This document shows, in pieces, positions 1 to 11,869 of a stretch of 64,000 nucleotides of DNA (positions are counted from its first letter, which is position 1; each line of letters begins with the position of its first letter). The notes beneath the pieces were generated by a model. That model ran no database searches, was not told the origin of the DNA, and saw only the letters and a list, made by a program, of their open reading frames with translations. Origin of the DNA: Selaginella moellendorffii (Eukaryota > Plantae > Lycopodiophyta); assembly GCF_000143415.4 (NCBI RefSeq), contig NW_003314302.1, positions 1,119,820 through 1,183,819 of the forward strand, in the 5' to 3' direction. The position numbers were made by a program, and so were the translations under genes.

Positions 1-908
1 AGAGTGTTCTCGACGAAGATATCCCTGTGCTTTCCACACTGGGAGTGAACAGCCATGGCTTTCTCCAAAACCTTACGTCGATCAAGCTCTTCTTTTCCTG
101 TTGCCAAGGCCAGGCTTCCACAAGCCATGAGAGCAGCCACGACAGTCCGAGCATCACGAAACAATGCCAGTGAAAAGAGCTCCAAAGCGATGGCAAACTC
201 GTCGTTCTCTACACAGCCAAGCATCAGAGAGTTCCAGGACACGACGTCATGAAGAACCATACCGTCAAACACTCGTCGAGCGTCCATCAGGCTTCCACAC
301 TTTGCGTATGAATTCACCAGAGCGTTTCCAACAAAGATCGCAGCGTCCAGTTTCATCTGTCGAGCCCGAGAGTGCACAGCCATGGTTTCTTCCAGAAACT
401 TTAGCTTCACCACTCTTCCCTCGTCACCAATTCTTTGGCCGGCTTCGTCCGCAGCCAAATCCACACACGCCATAGCTGCAGCCACAAAACTTCTCGAGTT
501 TGGTCTTTCCAAGCCAAAGAACAAGTCCAGAGCGAGCTTACTCTGTCCATTCTCCACATACCCCGCGATCAAAGCGTTCCACGAGACCACGTCGCGAGAA
601 TCCATCGCGTCAAACACGCCTTGGGCTTCCACCATCGCCCTGCACTTAGAATACATATCAATCAATGCAGTGGCAACGAAAATGCGGGAGAGATCACCGT
701 TCTCAAGAGCCGCGAGGTGCGCTTTCCTGCCGGAATCCAGATCCCCCAAGCTGCCACACGCCTTGAGCGCGGAAACAAGATCCATCGCAGCGAAATCCTG
801 CTGCCCAACGCGGCACAGATGCTGGCGCCATACCTTGAAACCCGCAGCGCGGCAGCTCAAGCGTCTTGCCGTTCGCGCTCGTGAAAGAGCGCCATAGCGG
901 AATTGCAT
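1..908 (-). CDS. PLS-class pentatricopeptide repeat (PPR) protein, runs off the left window edge
   Basis: Manual minus-strand translation from ATG at 908: MQFRYGALSRARTARR...ALKACGSLGDLDSGRKAH...IFVATALIDMYSKC...VFDAMDSRDVVSWNALIAGYVENG...IFVGNALVNSYAKCGSLMDARRVFDGMVLHDVVSWNSLM; open to base 1. Absent from the ORF track because there is no stop in the window. Confidence 0.92.
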   Translation of the reverse strand, partial: MQFRYGALSRARTARRLSCRAAGFKVWRQHLCRVGQQDFAAMDLVSALKACGSLGDLDSGRKAHLAALENGDLSRIFVATALIDMYSKCRAMVEAQGVFDAMDSRDVVSWNALIAGYVENGQSKLALDLFFGLERPNSRSFVAAAMACVDLAADEAGQRIGDEGRVVKLKFLEETMAVHSRARQMKLDAAIFVGNALVNSYAKCGSLMDARRVFDGMVLHDVVSWNSLMLGCVENDEFAIALELFSLALFRDARTVVAALMACGSLALATGKEELDRRKVLEKAMAVHSQCGKHRDIFVENT

Positions 909-1127
909 TCTAGGGCAGATGCTGGCACAAGAATATTCTTAATCTATTGTAGAATATTCTTTAAAATGTAATAACAATTTATAATATTTTAGAATATTTT
1001 AGATCTAAACATGTTTATACCCGAAAAATAGAATGCCTGTGTGATTTTCGATTATATCATACACAGTGTTTGCTCTTTGGACAAGAAACTATGCAAATAA
1101 CTTACTGCCTGAGGCCTCTGGATCGCT

Positions 1128-2059
1128 TCAGTAATCATCCGAGTCCTCGTAGTAGCCATTCTCGTCCGATGAATCGTCGTATTCATCGATCGCCTTTGGA
1201 GCAGCGGCGATTTTGTCACTCGCCACCACCGCCGCTGCCGGTTGAACAGGCGGAGGCACAGCAACCGGAGCTGGAACTGGCTCCGCTTCTTCAACATCTT
1301 CTTCCTGCTCCACCACTTCAACATGTAGATCGAAACGAATCTAAGGAAAAGCTTCCAAAACAATCATAGAGAGAGAGCACAAGAACAGCAAAAGAAGAAA
1401 AAGGATATCCACATCTCGCGCAGTTCCTCCGGCCAGGATGTTCACCAGATCGTTCTCCACATTGTGCACGAAGTCTGGCTGCAAAAGAAAAACCAAGAAG
1501 ATCACAGTGACGAAGATCTTCTCTATGAATCTCACATTGATGATCTCGGCGTCTCTGCGAAATCGCCGCTTTCTCGCGTCTCTCATCGCCGGAGTGAGCC
1601 CGTCTTTGTGCTCCCCGCCCTCTGGAGCAGGCTCCTTGTTATCTCTCACGAGAATCATCTACACCCAAGAGCTGTAAGAAAACCCTTCCAGAAGAAACAC
1701 CAAGAGCTATAAGAACATCCTTCCGAGAAGAAGAAAACAGAGCTCCTTTGATCCTTACCTGGCCAATATCGGCCGCCTTGATGAGCACAGTATCGTCGTA
1801 AGTCTTGTAGGACTCCACGACGCAAGGAAGATCGACCAGCGATACCTCAAACTGGTCTTTCCCGATCGTAAACATCCCAGTTCTGGCATCTACAGGCGCA
1901 AGGAAGTCCTTCTAACCAAAGTAAAATCCCTTTGTTGTGATTACCTCGAAAGCAGATGTCGATCCCTTCGTCTTCCGGCGCTTGGGCGCGCTCGCTGAGC
2001 ACGCCGTTGAGCCGCTCCGCCACCGACGGCGGCACCCTGAGGATGAAATGCTCCTCCAT
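1128..2059 (-). CDS. TAF7: TFIID subunit 7 (TAFII55 N-terminal domain), 5 exons
   Basis: MEEHFILRVPPSVAERL..., LVDLPCVVESYKTYDD...KAADIGQMILVR, GLTPAMRDARKRRFRR. Exons about 2059-1945, 1889-1759, 1658-1536, 1478-1409, 1324-1128; acidic C-terminus. Confidence 0.93.
1325..1408 (-). other. U12-type (minor spliceosome) AT-AC intron in TAF7
   Basis: 5' end ATATCCTTTT, branch-like TTCCTTAGA near the 3' end, terminal AC. Removal fuses GAT GTG G|AT GTT GAA in frame (RDV-D-VEVVEQEE). Confidence 0.88.
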
Positions 2060-2228
2060 AGCTGAGAACTTTCGAAGGCGGTGCTCAAGCCCTACCTTTA
2101 GCCAAATGGAAAATTAGGGCTCTTCAATCTTTTATACAGAATTTTCCCCTTACTTATATTAAAATTAGTATTGCTCAGCAAATGCTGGATGAGTACAAAA
2201 ATTTATAATTTTATAATTTTTTCTTCTT

Positions 2229-2229
2229 T

Positions 2230-2298
<69 letters not shown>
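2229..2298. repeat. compound (TA)n(GA)n microsatellite upstream of TAF7
   Basis: Seen directly in the sequence. Confidence 0.95.
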
Positions 2299-2302
<4 letters not shown>

Positions 2303-3479
2303 CTATACAGCATAGATTATATAGTTAGAACATTAATATATTCCCAAAGTGAAAAAGAAGAATTATTAATTAAATATTATTGATAAAGATATTATATGTA
2401 GTATTACTTAGGAATATGAATATATTTAGAATACTAAGATTTTAAAAAATTTAATATTCAACACGAAAAAATTAAAACAAAAATTGCTAAGAATATTTTT
2501 TATAGTTATAAAAATAAATATATTTAGTACACTTCCAGGGAAAAAACAATAAAATAAGACTTACTAAAAATAAATTCTATTAATTAGATGTTACATGTAA
2601 ATTATGTTTTTACTTGGGATATAAATAAATTAAGAATCCTAAAATGTTAAAAAAAACTAATATATTAATACCCAGACTGATAGAAATGTAAAGAAGAATT
2701 ACTAAGCATAATTATCATTAATTAGAAAAGCGTTATTTAATTATTATATTTTTACTTGGAATATGAATAAATATATAACCAAGATTTAAGAACATTAATA
2801 TACCCAAACATAACCTAAAAATAAAAGATTGTATGTACCCTTAAACTCAAACACCTAGAAATAGAATCAAAAGAAATTAATTTAATTTTAGGTAATATAG
2901 ATATTAGCAAAGAATTAATTTGCCATTTGCTTTTCTTAGAATATAGAACAATAAAATTTTATGAACACTAACCTACTACCAGTAAAATTAAGAATTGAAG
3001 TACAAAAAATATTTGTTATTAATATATAAACTATAAATTCAATTATGTTTATAAGATTTATAAAGGTGTTTAATTTTTTTGTATTAAGCCCACATCTTGA
3101 GCATCAACCTCATGTTTAAAATGTAAATCTCATATTTAGAGAGAGGCAATCTATATGGAATTGTTGTAATTGCCCAATCAATACATTAGTAGGGCAACTC
3201 TATCTATCAACTAAACATATACATAAAGAAGAAAATTGTAAGCTAGACTAAGTGCTATCTTAATTATATTAACTGATTAGCACTTGTTCAGCATATGCTG
3301 TCCTGTTAGCATACTATTTTGAATATCATAATTATAATACAAGCTTCTCCAAGACTATTTCTTGGAATTGGAATTGGAGTATTATAGACAGGCCTTTTAT
3401 TTGTTCATTAGACTTATATCAAGAATTTCTTTCAGTTGGGGCAAGAATCAAACTCAACAAGAAATTGGTGGAGGTAAAA

Positions 3480-6400
3480 ATATTTAATAGAAAACCTCTT
3501 TATATATTGTGTTGATGGTGAAAGTAGGACTTGAAGGGAATAGCTATCCTTGGAGTGTGGTGTTTAATGCCTAGTCCTACTGGTGATGTGCATCTTGATA
3601 AAGCTATATAAAGTTGATCATGAATGAAAATTAGATTTGGCAAGCATATTTCAATTCGGTCAAATATCTAGCTTTGACATTTAAAGATTGTAAGGCAATA
3701 CCCTTAATGCACTAGAAATTGTCTTCTAGACATTTTAAATAGAATTTCTATGTTTGAAGGTATGAGTGTGATTCAAGGGATGAAAGCTCATGTACTTTTG
3801 GATTAGCCTAATACAATTTTACAATCTAAAACTGTTGGTAAGACATATTTAAGAATGAGGTGTGTACCATTACATAGTCTAGCCAATAGGCATATATTCC
3901 TTAATGGAATACTTTAATTTATATGGTGGAAGATTAGGAGTAATGGAATTTAAGAATTCAATTGGAAAATCTTCTGGGTGTTCAATATTAATAAAGTTAA
4001 AATATGTATGTCACTAGGTAAGGAAGAAACTATAACATTATTAATGGGAAAAATATCATCATTAAGTGGGGTAAGTATGACTCTATTAGATGCAAAATAG
4101 GGATCTAAAATATTCTGTAGAGATGGGAAAACAAAATCAACAATAGAGGACATTATTATTTCTATGTAAAGTAATATAATAGATTCTGAAGGCAATATTG
4201 GTAAATTCAAGTAACTATCACCATTTCTAATTTGAAGAAGCCAATCAGCCCATAAGAGTTATTTTCAATTAATCTCATATTCCTTTTTAGTGGAAGTGTT
4301 CTAAAAAATTTCCATGACAGATTCATTTTTTCTTGAATTTGAAATAATTTGTGCTAGGAATAACTGGTAGTGTTTATCTAAAGTCACCACTTGTAATAAT
4401 AAGTTCTGTACGAGCATTCTCCATGTCGTAATGAGGGGCAAAACATAAACGGAAAGCAGCCTCAAACTTATCCATGGTAGATATTGGTGGTTTCTTATCT
4501 GCAACACGAGACTCCTCAAGCCAATTCCACCATCTAAGACCCACATCACACAAAACCATCGGAATAGCCACTAAAAAGCCTTTGCATCTGGAGTTCCCCT
4601 AGCAACTAATAACTTCTTCACATTGACTAGCCAAGTGAGACACTCGTCCACACCATTATCACTGGAAAAGATTGGAATCTTGAGTCGATATACCAAAGAA
4701 GGCTTACTTGGAGCGCTACCCTATTTAGCCTCGAGTGCCTCAACATGCTTACGCATGGTATCCATCATGCCATGCATCTCGTCTTGCATCTCTTGCTGAT
4801 TTCGGTTAAAGGCTCGCAACTCATGAACCACATCTTGAATGGTCCAAATCTCTGCAGCTTCGTCAGCACTATTGTCAACACCACCATCAACAATAGGATT
4901 CTAGCGTTCAACTTGGTCGACCATTGCAACCAACTCCTCTAATACCAATATTATGATCTAACGCAAAATGACAGAGATCTAGTCACCCTAAACTATGCTA
5001 TGCCACCTCTTGAGGTTTCTCACCACCCAACCACCCCCGAGCTACCTCAAAAGCTCCACTATGCCGCCGCTCCATTGTGAGCTTTAGGATAGGTTAAGTC
5101 CCTTGCCCTAACATGCCTTAATATACCCTTGAGCCTCCCTTTGACCGATGTTGACCATGTGGTCAAAGCTGGTGCCTAACAAAGGAGAAATGAGGTGTTG
5201 CTTAAATCTGGCAAGGGATATATATGTAAAGTGATATTGGAGAGATAGTGATTGAGTTTGATGTCTTTTAAAAATTCTTTAAGTTTAATATAGAAAACTT
5301 TAAAAACCAAATCAAGAAGGTCTTCTGGACCCTTATTTGGATGTAAATTTTCTATAATTTCTGGCCATTTAAGGTTTCAAGTGAAAGTAATAAAAATATC
5401 TAATTTTGAGTAATGAGTAACAATTGTCATTGCATCTTTGATAATTTTGTTATATTACTCTAGGTCCACCACCAAAACTTAAAGGTAGTATAACAATTTT
5501 ACTGGGGCTTATATTTTCATCTGAAACCTGATTTGCAACATAATCCATAAGACTAGTATATATTTCTACTTGTAATGGGTATAATAATAATATAGGTTAT
5601 TACTCTCAACTTTGACATAGGCATCAACAATGTATTGTTGAGTAGGCTTGCTAGGATGTAAAATTTGGTCAAAACCTAATTGTAATATATCCTTTTAGAT
5701 AAGTGATATGCATAATATAGAAGTAATATGGTTCAATATTATCATATATTCAAAGTATTTCCATCCTTTATCACCAAAAGGAAATATCAAAAGATAAACC
5801 ATAGGATCACAATTAACATCAAGTGTTGAAATATTTTTAGAAATATTTGCCATAGGATATATACAAATTTCACATCCACGTGGGGGTCCTCCATTTTCAC
5901 TAACAAAAACAATAACAATATCATTTGTTTGTGGTATATTATAGTGTCGATAATCAATTATTTATTCCTTAGTAACATATAAATACCACGTAAAGGATGG
6001 TCTATAATTGCTACTTTACAAAGTTCTTTTTGTTCCATTTCATACATCATTCTATAAGCTTTTGTATATGGATTAATATGACAAGGAGTGTATCAAGATG
6101 TAATAATAAATCTCACTTATAACTTGTATTCAATGGGTTTTGATGCTTTATATTTGTGGCTTCTTGTATATCTAGCATATAAAGTTGTCCATAAGATAGA
6201 TTTTTTATCACCAGGAAAGTGTGATGACATGATATTATGGTAAATCTATCCATGAATTCTAAAGTAGTAAGGACCATGTAAGGACCATTACCCCTTAAAG
6301 TCAATGTTATCAGCCATTGATGCAAACGCAAGGACACTATTGTAATGTCTAATATTACTTCTGAAATTAGAGTTTTTGTTTTTGTTTTAAAGTGTAAGTA

Positions 6401-6700
6401 AAGTATTTGAAAAAGGTAATATGGGTGGCAATATCACTTGACCATGCTGACAACTCATAGTAACATTCTCATCTTTAAAATATAATGCATTAGAAAAAAC
6501 ACAAATAGATGATAAGAAATCAATTTCAAAAGTTGAAATTTGTGAATCTTTGTAAATAGTGTGACTTGCTAGTGTGGTATGTGAAGGTGGAGATGGTGTA
6601 GTGGATATTGCTTGATGTGTATATATTTCATTTTGATCTGAAGTAATTTGAAGTAGTTTAGGGTGGTTATTAGAATTATTAGTATTGAAATTCATATAAA
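3480..6700 (-). mobile_element. Decayed Helitron Rep/PIF1-helicase coding region, interrupted at about 4300-5181
   Basis: Minus-strand remnants with stops and frameshifts. Rep side: CQHGQVILPP, YGQLYMLD, NCDPMVYLLIFPFGDKGW, QQYIVDAYVKVE, DIFITFT. Helicase side: LKRNMRL, RVILTPLND, LRNIC..RLCNGTHL, HDQLYIALSRCTS. Confidence 0.85.
4300..5181 (-). mobile_element. Truncated LTR retrotransposon 5' end (about 230-bp LTR, PBS, gag fragment) nested in the Helitron
   Basis: Minus strand begins TGTTAGG at 5181; TGGTATTAGAGG (tRNA-Met-like PBS) at about 4937-4948; gag-like WWNWLEE...DKFEAAFRLCFAP...NARTEL. Confidence 0.7.
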
Positions 6701-7192
6701 AATGATTGGTATTTCTTATAGTTCTAAGAAGAACTATAAGTAAAGTAGCTTTTCGAGTACAAAGCTAGAAAACTATAGCTTATACAAGTTCATATTTGTA
6801 AGAAAACTCAAATTTGCAAGAGAAATTTAAAATAGGTTTTGGTATGTGATGGAGGCTAAAGATATAAAAATACACAAATCTACTGCATGCTTAGTTTTGT
6901 ATGCTTGTCTAGGGTTTTCCAATTACTTGTCAGAGAAGGTGTGTCATGAACTAAGAAGAAAGACTAACCTTTTGCTGCAGGCTATTGTGATTTTTGGTAG
7001 TGCCCTCAATTACAAAACGTAATTGTGAGATTTAGGGTTATGTGAAGCAAGATGTCGCAAATGTGATTTTGGGTATCGAAAGATACTTGGATACTTGTCA
7101 ACCTTATAGACACTCTCTCTTTACTGCCATGACAATAGAAGGTTAGTACTACTGGGGGGGTTCTAAATATATAGTAGGGATAGTGGTTAAAA

Positions 7193-10100
7193 TGTATGTC
7201 TAACCACTTGAGATATTAATTTGGCTCCTACTAAGCTGTGTCGTTCCTTGTTTTGCATCTAGTTTGGGTCTAAGCTCACGCTCCACACTACTCTGGTTAT
7301 CCTCCTCGCATAAGGCCACTAGTATGCTAAAATCATGCCAAACACCATTTTGTGTGCAAGTGGTGGATATGGGGAGCTGGTGCTTGTAGGATTAACAATG
7401 TATTGGACCCTCATTTCATAGCACAACAAGCTTAGAGTTCAACTCTAAATTCAGGCGTGCTATATTTGGTATCAAAGAATTTGTGTTAACGATTCCTATC
7501 CAACTTTTGTCAAAAATTCTAACTCAAGTTGCATACGCAAAGACTTTTTTAGTAGATCCAAAATGATCTATGTAGAATTAGTTGGATTGCACCATTGAGT
7601 AAGAACATTGTATGCATGTTCAATTATTGATAGAGGCATTCATATAGCTAGCAAGATGGTGAAAAGGAACTATGCTAATGATGCTGAAACCTCTAGATAG
7701 GCAAATTGAGAGGAGGAAACTCCTGCTAGAGATGTTACAAAAGAGGCTAAGGCTGAGTCAAAGGAAGAAGAGCTTAATGCTATAGCATTGTAGCATGTGG
7801 CTCAAGAAATTAAGATCGAGGATTTGTGAAGGGAAGTTTGCAAATTGAAGAAAGAGAATAAAAAGAGAAAGAAACAAGTTGAGATAGATAGACTAGCTAA
7901 ACAAGCAACCAGACTCCTCTTCAAATTTTGTGGAAGCATGATGTCCTGCGTGCGCGCGCTTTTAACAGTAGAGTTCCACCTAAAGCCACGTTTCTTGCTA
8001 CTGGTGACTCAAAGTTTCCCCCGACAGATCTGTAGTCTTTGTTGGCCACTCATATGTCATGATAAAGTTCTTTAACTACCCCCGGTTGCATGAGTTTCAA
8101 AGTTCAAGCCTCCAAAACCACCCAATTTCATGTATGAGGGACTATCAAGTTTTGGAAGACTGGGTTTATGACATGGAAAACTATTTCACAGTATCAGACA
8201 TGGATGATCATATGAATGTTGCGCATAGTCCTTTCTCACTGATTATGCCAAAACTTGGTAGCACTAGGTGTGCATTGAAAAAGGGCAGACTAGAAGTTGG
8301 ACTAAAATGTGGTTTCGTATTTATAAGAAATACTTGCTGGATGATCTTGGTCTGAAAGTTTGCACGGAGCTGCGGTGGTTAAAGCAGTGAGGGGACCTTA
8401 TGCATTACATTAATGCATTTGCTCAAAAATGCATTATGATGCCAATATGAGTGACGAAAATGTTTGAAGTTATTTCTTGGAAGGTTTAATTTCACTATCT
8501 CATAATGAGATTTTGAAGTTTAAACCAAAGATATACCTGGAGTGTAAGGAGGTAGTACAGCAAATTGCCTTTAGTCACTCACTCCTAGAATAGTATCAAC
8601 AGCCGTATGTTGATACCTTGGACAAGAATAAAAACTTTGGGATGAAACAAGGTGATCGGAAATAAAGGGTGAAAGGAAAGTTATACTTTGGAGGCTCACA
8701 AGCAACGGTTAATAAATTGGTGGTTGGTGACCACTAGCAGCTTCTTCTAGTCCTAGGCCTTTTATTCCTCCTTTTGGTGGGTACAAGTAGTAGTAACTTG
8801 CAAAGCTTACTCCTAATGGAATGAGTAATATGGGTTATTGCTTCTATTGTGGAGAGACAAGATATAAGTTCTCAGAATATCCCAATAAGCATAAAACAAG
8901 GTCTCATATTAATGTCATGAGGGAAGATAGTGGTGGTGAAGCGGAAAGGGTTGACAAAATAATCAATACAAACTATAAAGAAGAGGAGGTGAGTTACTTT
9001 CGTTACTTTCCTCAAGCTTTTCTCACAATCAATGCAAACACTAATTTATTAATGTATTTAGTAGGGTTTGTTTGTGGACATTGAATCCAAGTGATGACTA
9101 ATATGGGAGCTATGTACAACATGATATTTGAAGACTTAGTAAAGTTGTTAGGATTGAAAGTTGAGTAAATGTTACTTATACACTTCTAGTTTGCAGAAGG
9201 GAGGAAAGTAGCTAGGAGAGTGATGTTACAATAAAGATATCCAAGTAAAAAGAAAGATTAGACGTAGTAGAGTTGAAAATACCCGATTTTTAGATGATGC
9301 TTGGCATGGATTTTTTTTAACAAATATAAAAAAGGGATTTATGGCATTGGACAAAGTTGCATCATATTGAAGTCAGAAGGACATCCTAATGTATCCTTTT
9401 AATTGCAAAAGCCCTTAAAAGATTAGGATGCTAAGTTTTTTTACTGTAAGAGTCGTGCAAAAAGCAACTAAAAAGGGATGTAAGACCTTTTGGGTTCAAG
9501 TGATAAAAGCTAAGGGTGATGGTGACTTAGTTGGAATTGGTGACGGGATTGATCTTGTACCAAAGGAAATATTAAATTTATTGATGTGGAATTAAGATAT
9601 CTTTTCAAAGGATTTGCCACTGGGGCTACCTTCTAGCCCTAAAGTTGATGATTGGATTAAGATTGTTTTGGGTTCTAAACCACTTATGAAAGCTTTGTAT
9701 CATTTGAATATCAAGGAGATGGCTAAACTCAAGAGGCAACTTACGAAGCTTCTTGACAAGGGTTATATCTAACGAAGCAAGTCACCTTATGGAGCATCAA
9801 TCTTTTTTGTTATGAAAAAGGATGATACCATAAGGATATATATCAATTATCAGGCTTTTAACAAGATCATGGTCAAAAATAGTTATCCTTTGCCTCGCAT
9901 TGATGACTTGTTTGATGAACTTTTAAAGGCTATGTATTTTACGTAACTTGATTTGTGGTCTGGGTAGATACGGGTGGCAAATCAGGATTTGGAGAAGACA
10001 GATTTTAAGACTTAATATAAATCCTATGAGTTCCTTGTTATGCTATTTGGGTTATGTAATGCTTTAGCAACATTTAGTACAATGATGGATAGAATATTCA

Positions 10101-11769
10101 GAGATTATTTAAACACATTTATTGTAGCAAGATACTATTGCAAGTTTGTTCACAAATTTGCAAGTATTGCTATTTTGTTGATTGAGTTAACAAAGGCTAA
10201 TATACTATTTCATTGGACACTAACTTGTCAATGTGCTTTTGTATAGTTGATGGAGATCTTGATTATGATTTCTATTCTCAAGATCCCAGATCTTGATAAA
10301 CCCTTCAAAGTGCACTGTGATGCATTTGGCTATGCTATTAACGCCATGTTACAACAAGATTGTGACAAAGTAATTAGTGTTATGCTAAGGCGAGACATGG
10401 TTGTCCCATTGCGTTCTAAGAAATTGGATAAAACCTAACAAAGATGGCCAACACACAAAAAAGAGATGTTTGCTATAGTGTTGGCACTAGAACACTGTAG
10501 ACACTATTTGGGTGGACATACCAAAGTTTATACAAATAGTAACACACTAAACTACTTTGCTATGCAACTTAAGCTTACACCAAAATAGGCTTGTTGGCAA
10601 GAGAAGCTTGCTAGAATTGATATTGAAATCATCTATAAACCTGGTAAAGACAATATTGTTTTGGATGCATTGAGTTGTCAGGCTCAGTTCCGGGCAATAT
10701 TGGCAATCAATTTGGACTGGTTGGAGGACATTTGGGCTTCATATGGAAGTGATCTATTGGCGAAGGCAATCTTGCACTGTGCGAAGTTGTCAAAGTAGAA
10801 CCTTAGTAACAAAGCAGTGAAAGTTGCTAGTTAAACCAATGTGAAGCTTCACTTCTCAGTTCAAGATGGGCTTATATTCTATAAGCAAGAAAGATTGTAT
10901 CTTCCATCCAAGGATTTGCAATAGCTGTTTCTATAGGAACATCATGATGTTTCGGCAATAAGACATGGTAGTAAATGAAAGACTCTTACTTCATTGAAAT
11001 TGGGATTTTTTTTGTTTGGTATGGAAGGTGATATAGCAGATTATATCTGTTCATGCCCTATATGCCAGTAATATAAACGAAGAATTAATAAGCAGGCTGG
11101 AAAGTTGTAGTGCATTTTAGCATCGGCATGGCTATGTCAGAGTGTGACACTTGATTTTGTCACTTGCTTGCCAAAGTCTTAAGGTTATGATATTTTGATG
11201 GTGGTTGTGGATCGATTGTCAAAAATTGCACACTTCATTCCAACTGTGGAAACAATAAATGCAAAAGCAAGTAGTAAAGCTCTTTTTCCATGAAGTAGTA
11301 CAAGTTTGTGGTCTTCCCAAAGAGATGATTTTGGATAGAGATTCAAGATTTAGGGGGAAATTATAAGGCACATTGTTCTAGTTATTCGATATTAAGTTGA
11401 AGTTTAGTATAGCTTATCATCCTCAAACTGATGGGCAAACTAATTGTGTGAATGCTCAAATTGAGGATTATTTGCAATATTATGTTGTGGTGGACCAACG
11501 TGGCTGGGTTGAGCATTTAGACACAATAGAAATCTGTTATAATAACACATTTCATAGCATCATTGGCTATTCTTTGTGGGAGATGCTACAAGGGAATTCT
11601 TATGGGGTTCCTCAAACAGATTTTTGTACCTAAACCAATGTCCAAAGTGTTGGTCTTAGACATTGAGACTTATGTAGAGCAATTATGCCAAGGTTGGTTT
11701 AGAGCTACTAAGGCAATGGGCAAAGCTTAAGATAGATCTCAACATGATAAGAATCATCATCATTGGGAT
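7193..11769 (+). mobile_element. Decayed Ty3/gypsy retrotransposon (gag, zinc knuckle, RT, RNase H, integrase), ends at the assembly gap
   Basis: PBS TGGTATCAAAG at about 7467; LEDWVYDMENYF; CFYCGE; SKSPYGASIFFV.KKD..IR...NSYPLPRIDDLFD; PFKVHCDA; AYHPQTDGQT; many stops. The LTR start is approximate. Confidence 0.9.
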
Positions 11770-11869
11770 NNNNNNNNNNNNNNNNNNNNNNNNNNNNNNN
11801 NNNNNNNNNNNNNNNNNNNNNNNNNNNNNNNNNNNNNNNNNNNNNNNNNNNNNNNNNNNNNNNNNNNNN
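11770..11869. other. Assembly gap (100 N)
   Basis: Run of N. Confidence 1.

Noticed and set aside
55-897. Plus-strand ORFs of 65-171 aa
   Set aside because: Antisense shadows of the minus-strand PPR gene. The same applies to ORFs opposite the 18.4-20.1 kb PPR, calmodulin, GASA and PP2C genes.
3240-3300. Helitron 3' end (CTAG plus nearby inverted repeats)
   Set aside because: Spacing and flanking base do not fit the canonical hairpin-CTRR|T arrangement convincingly.
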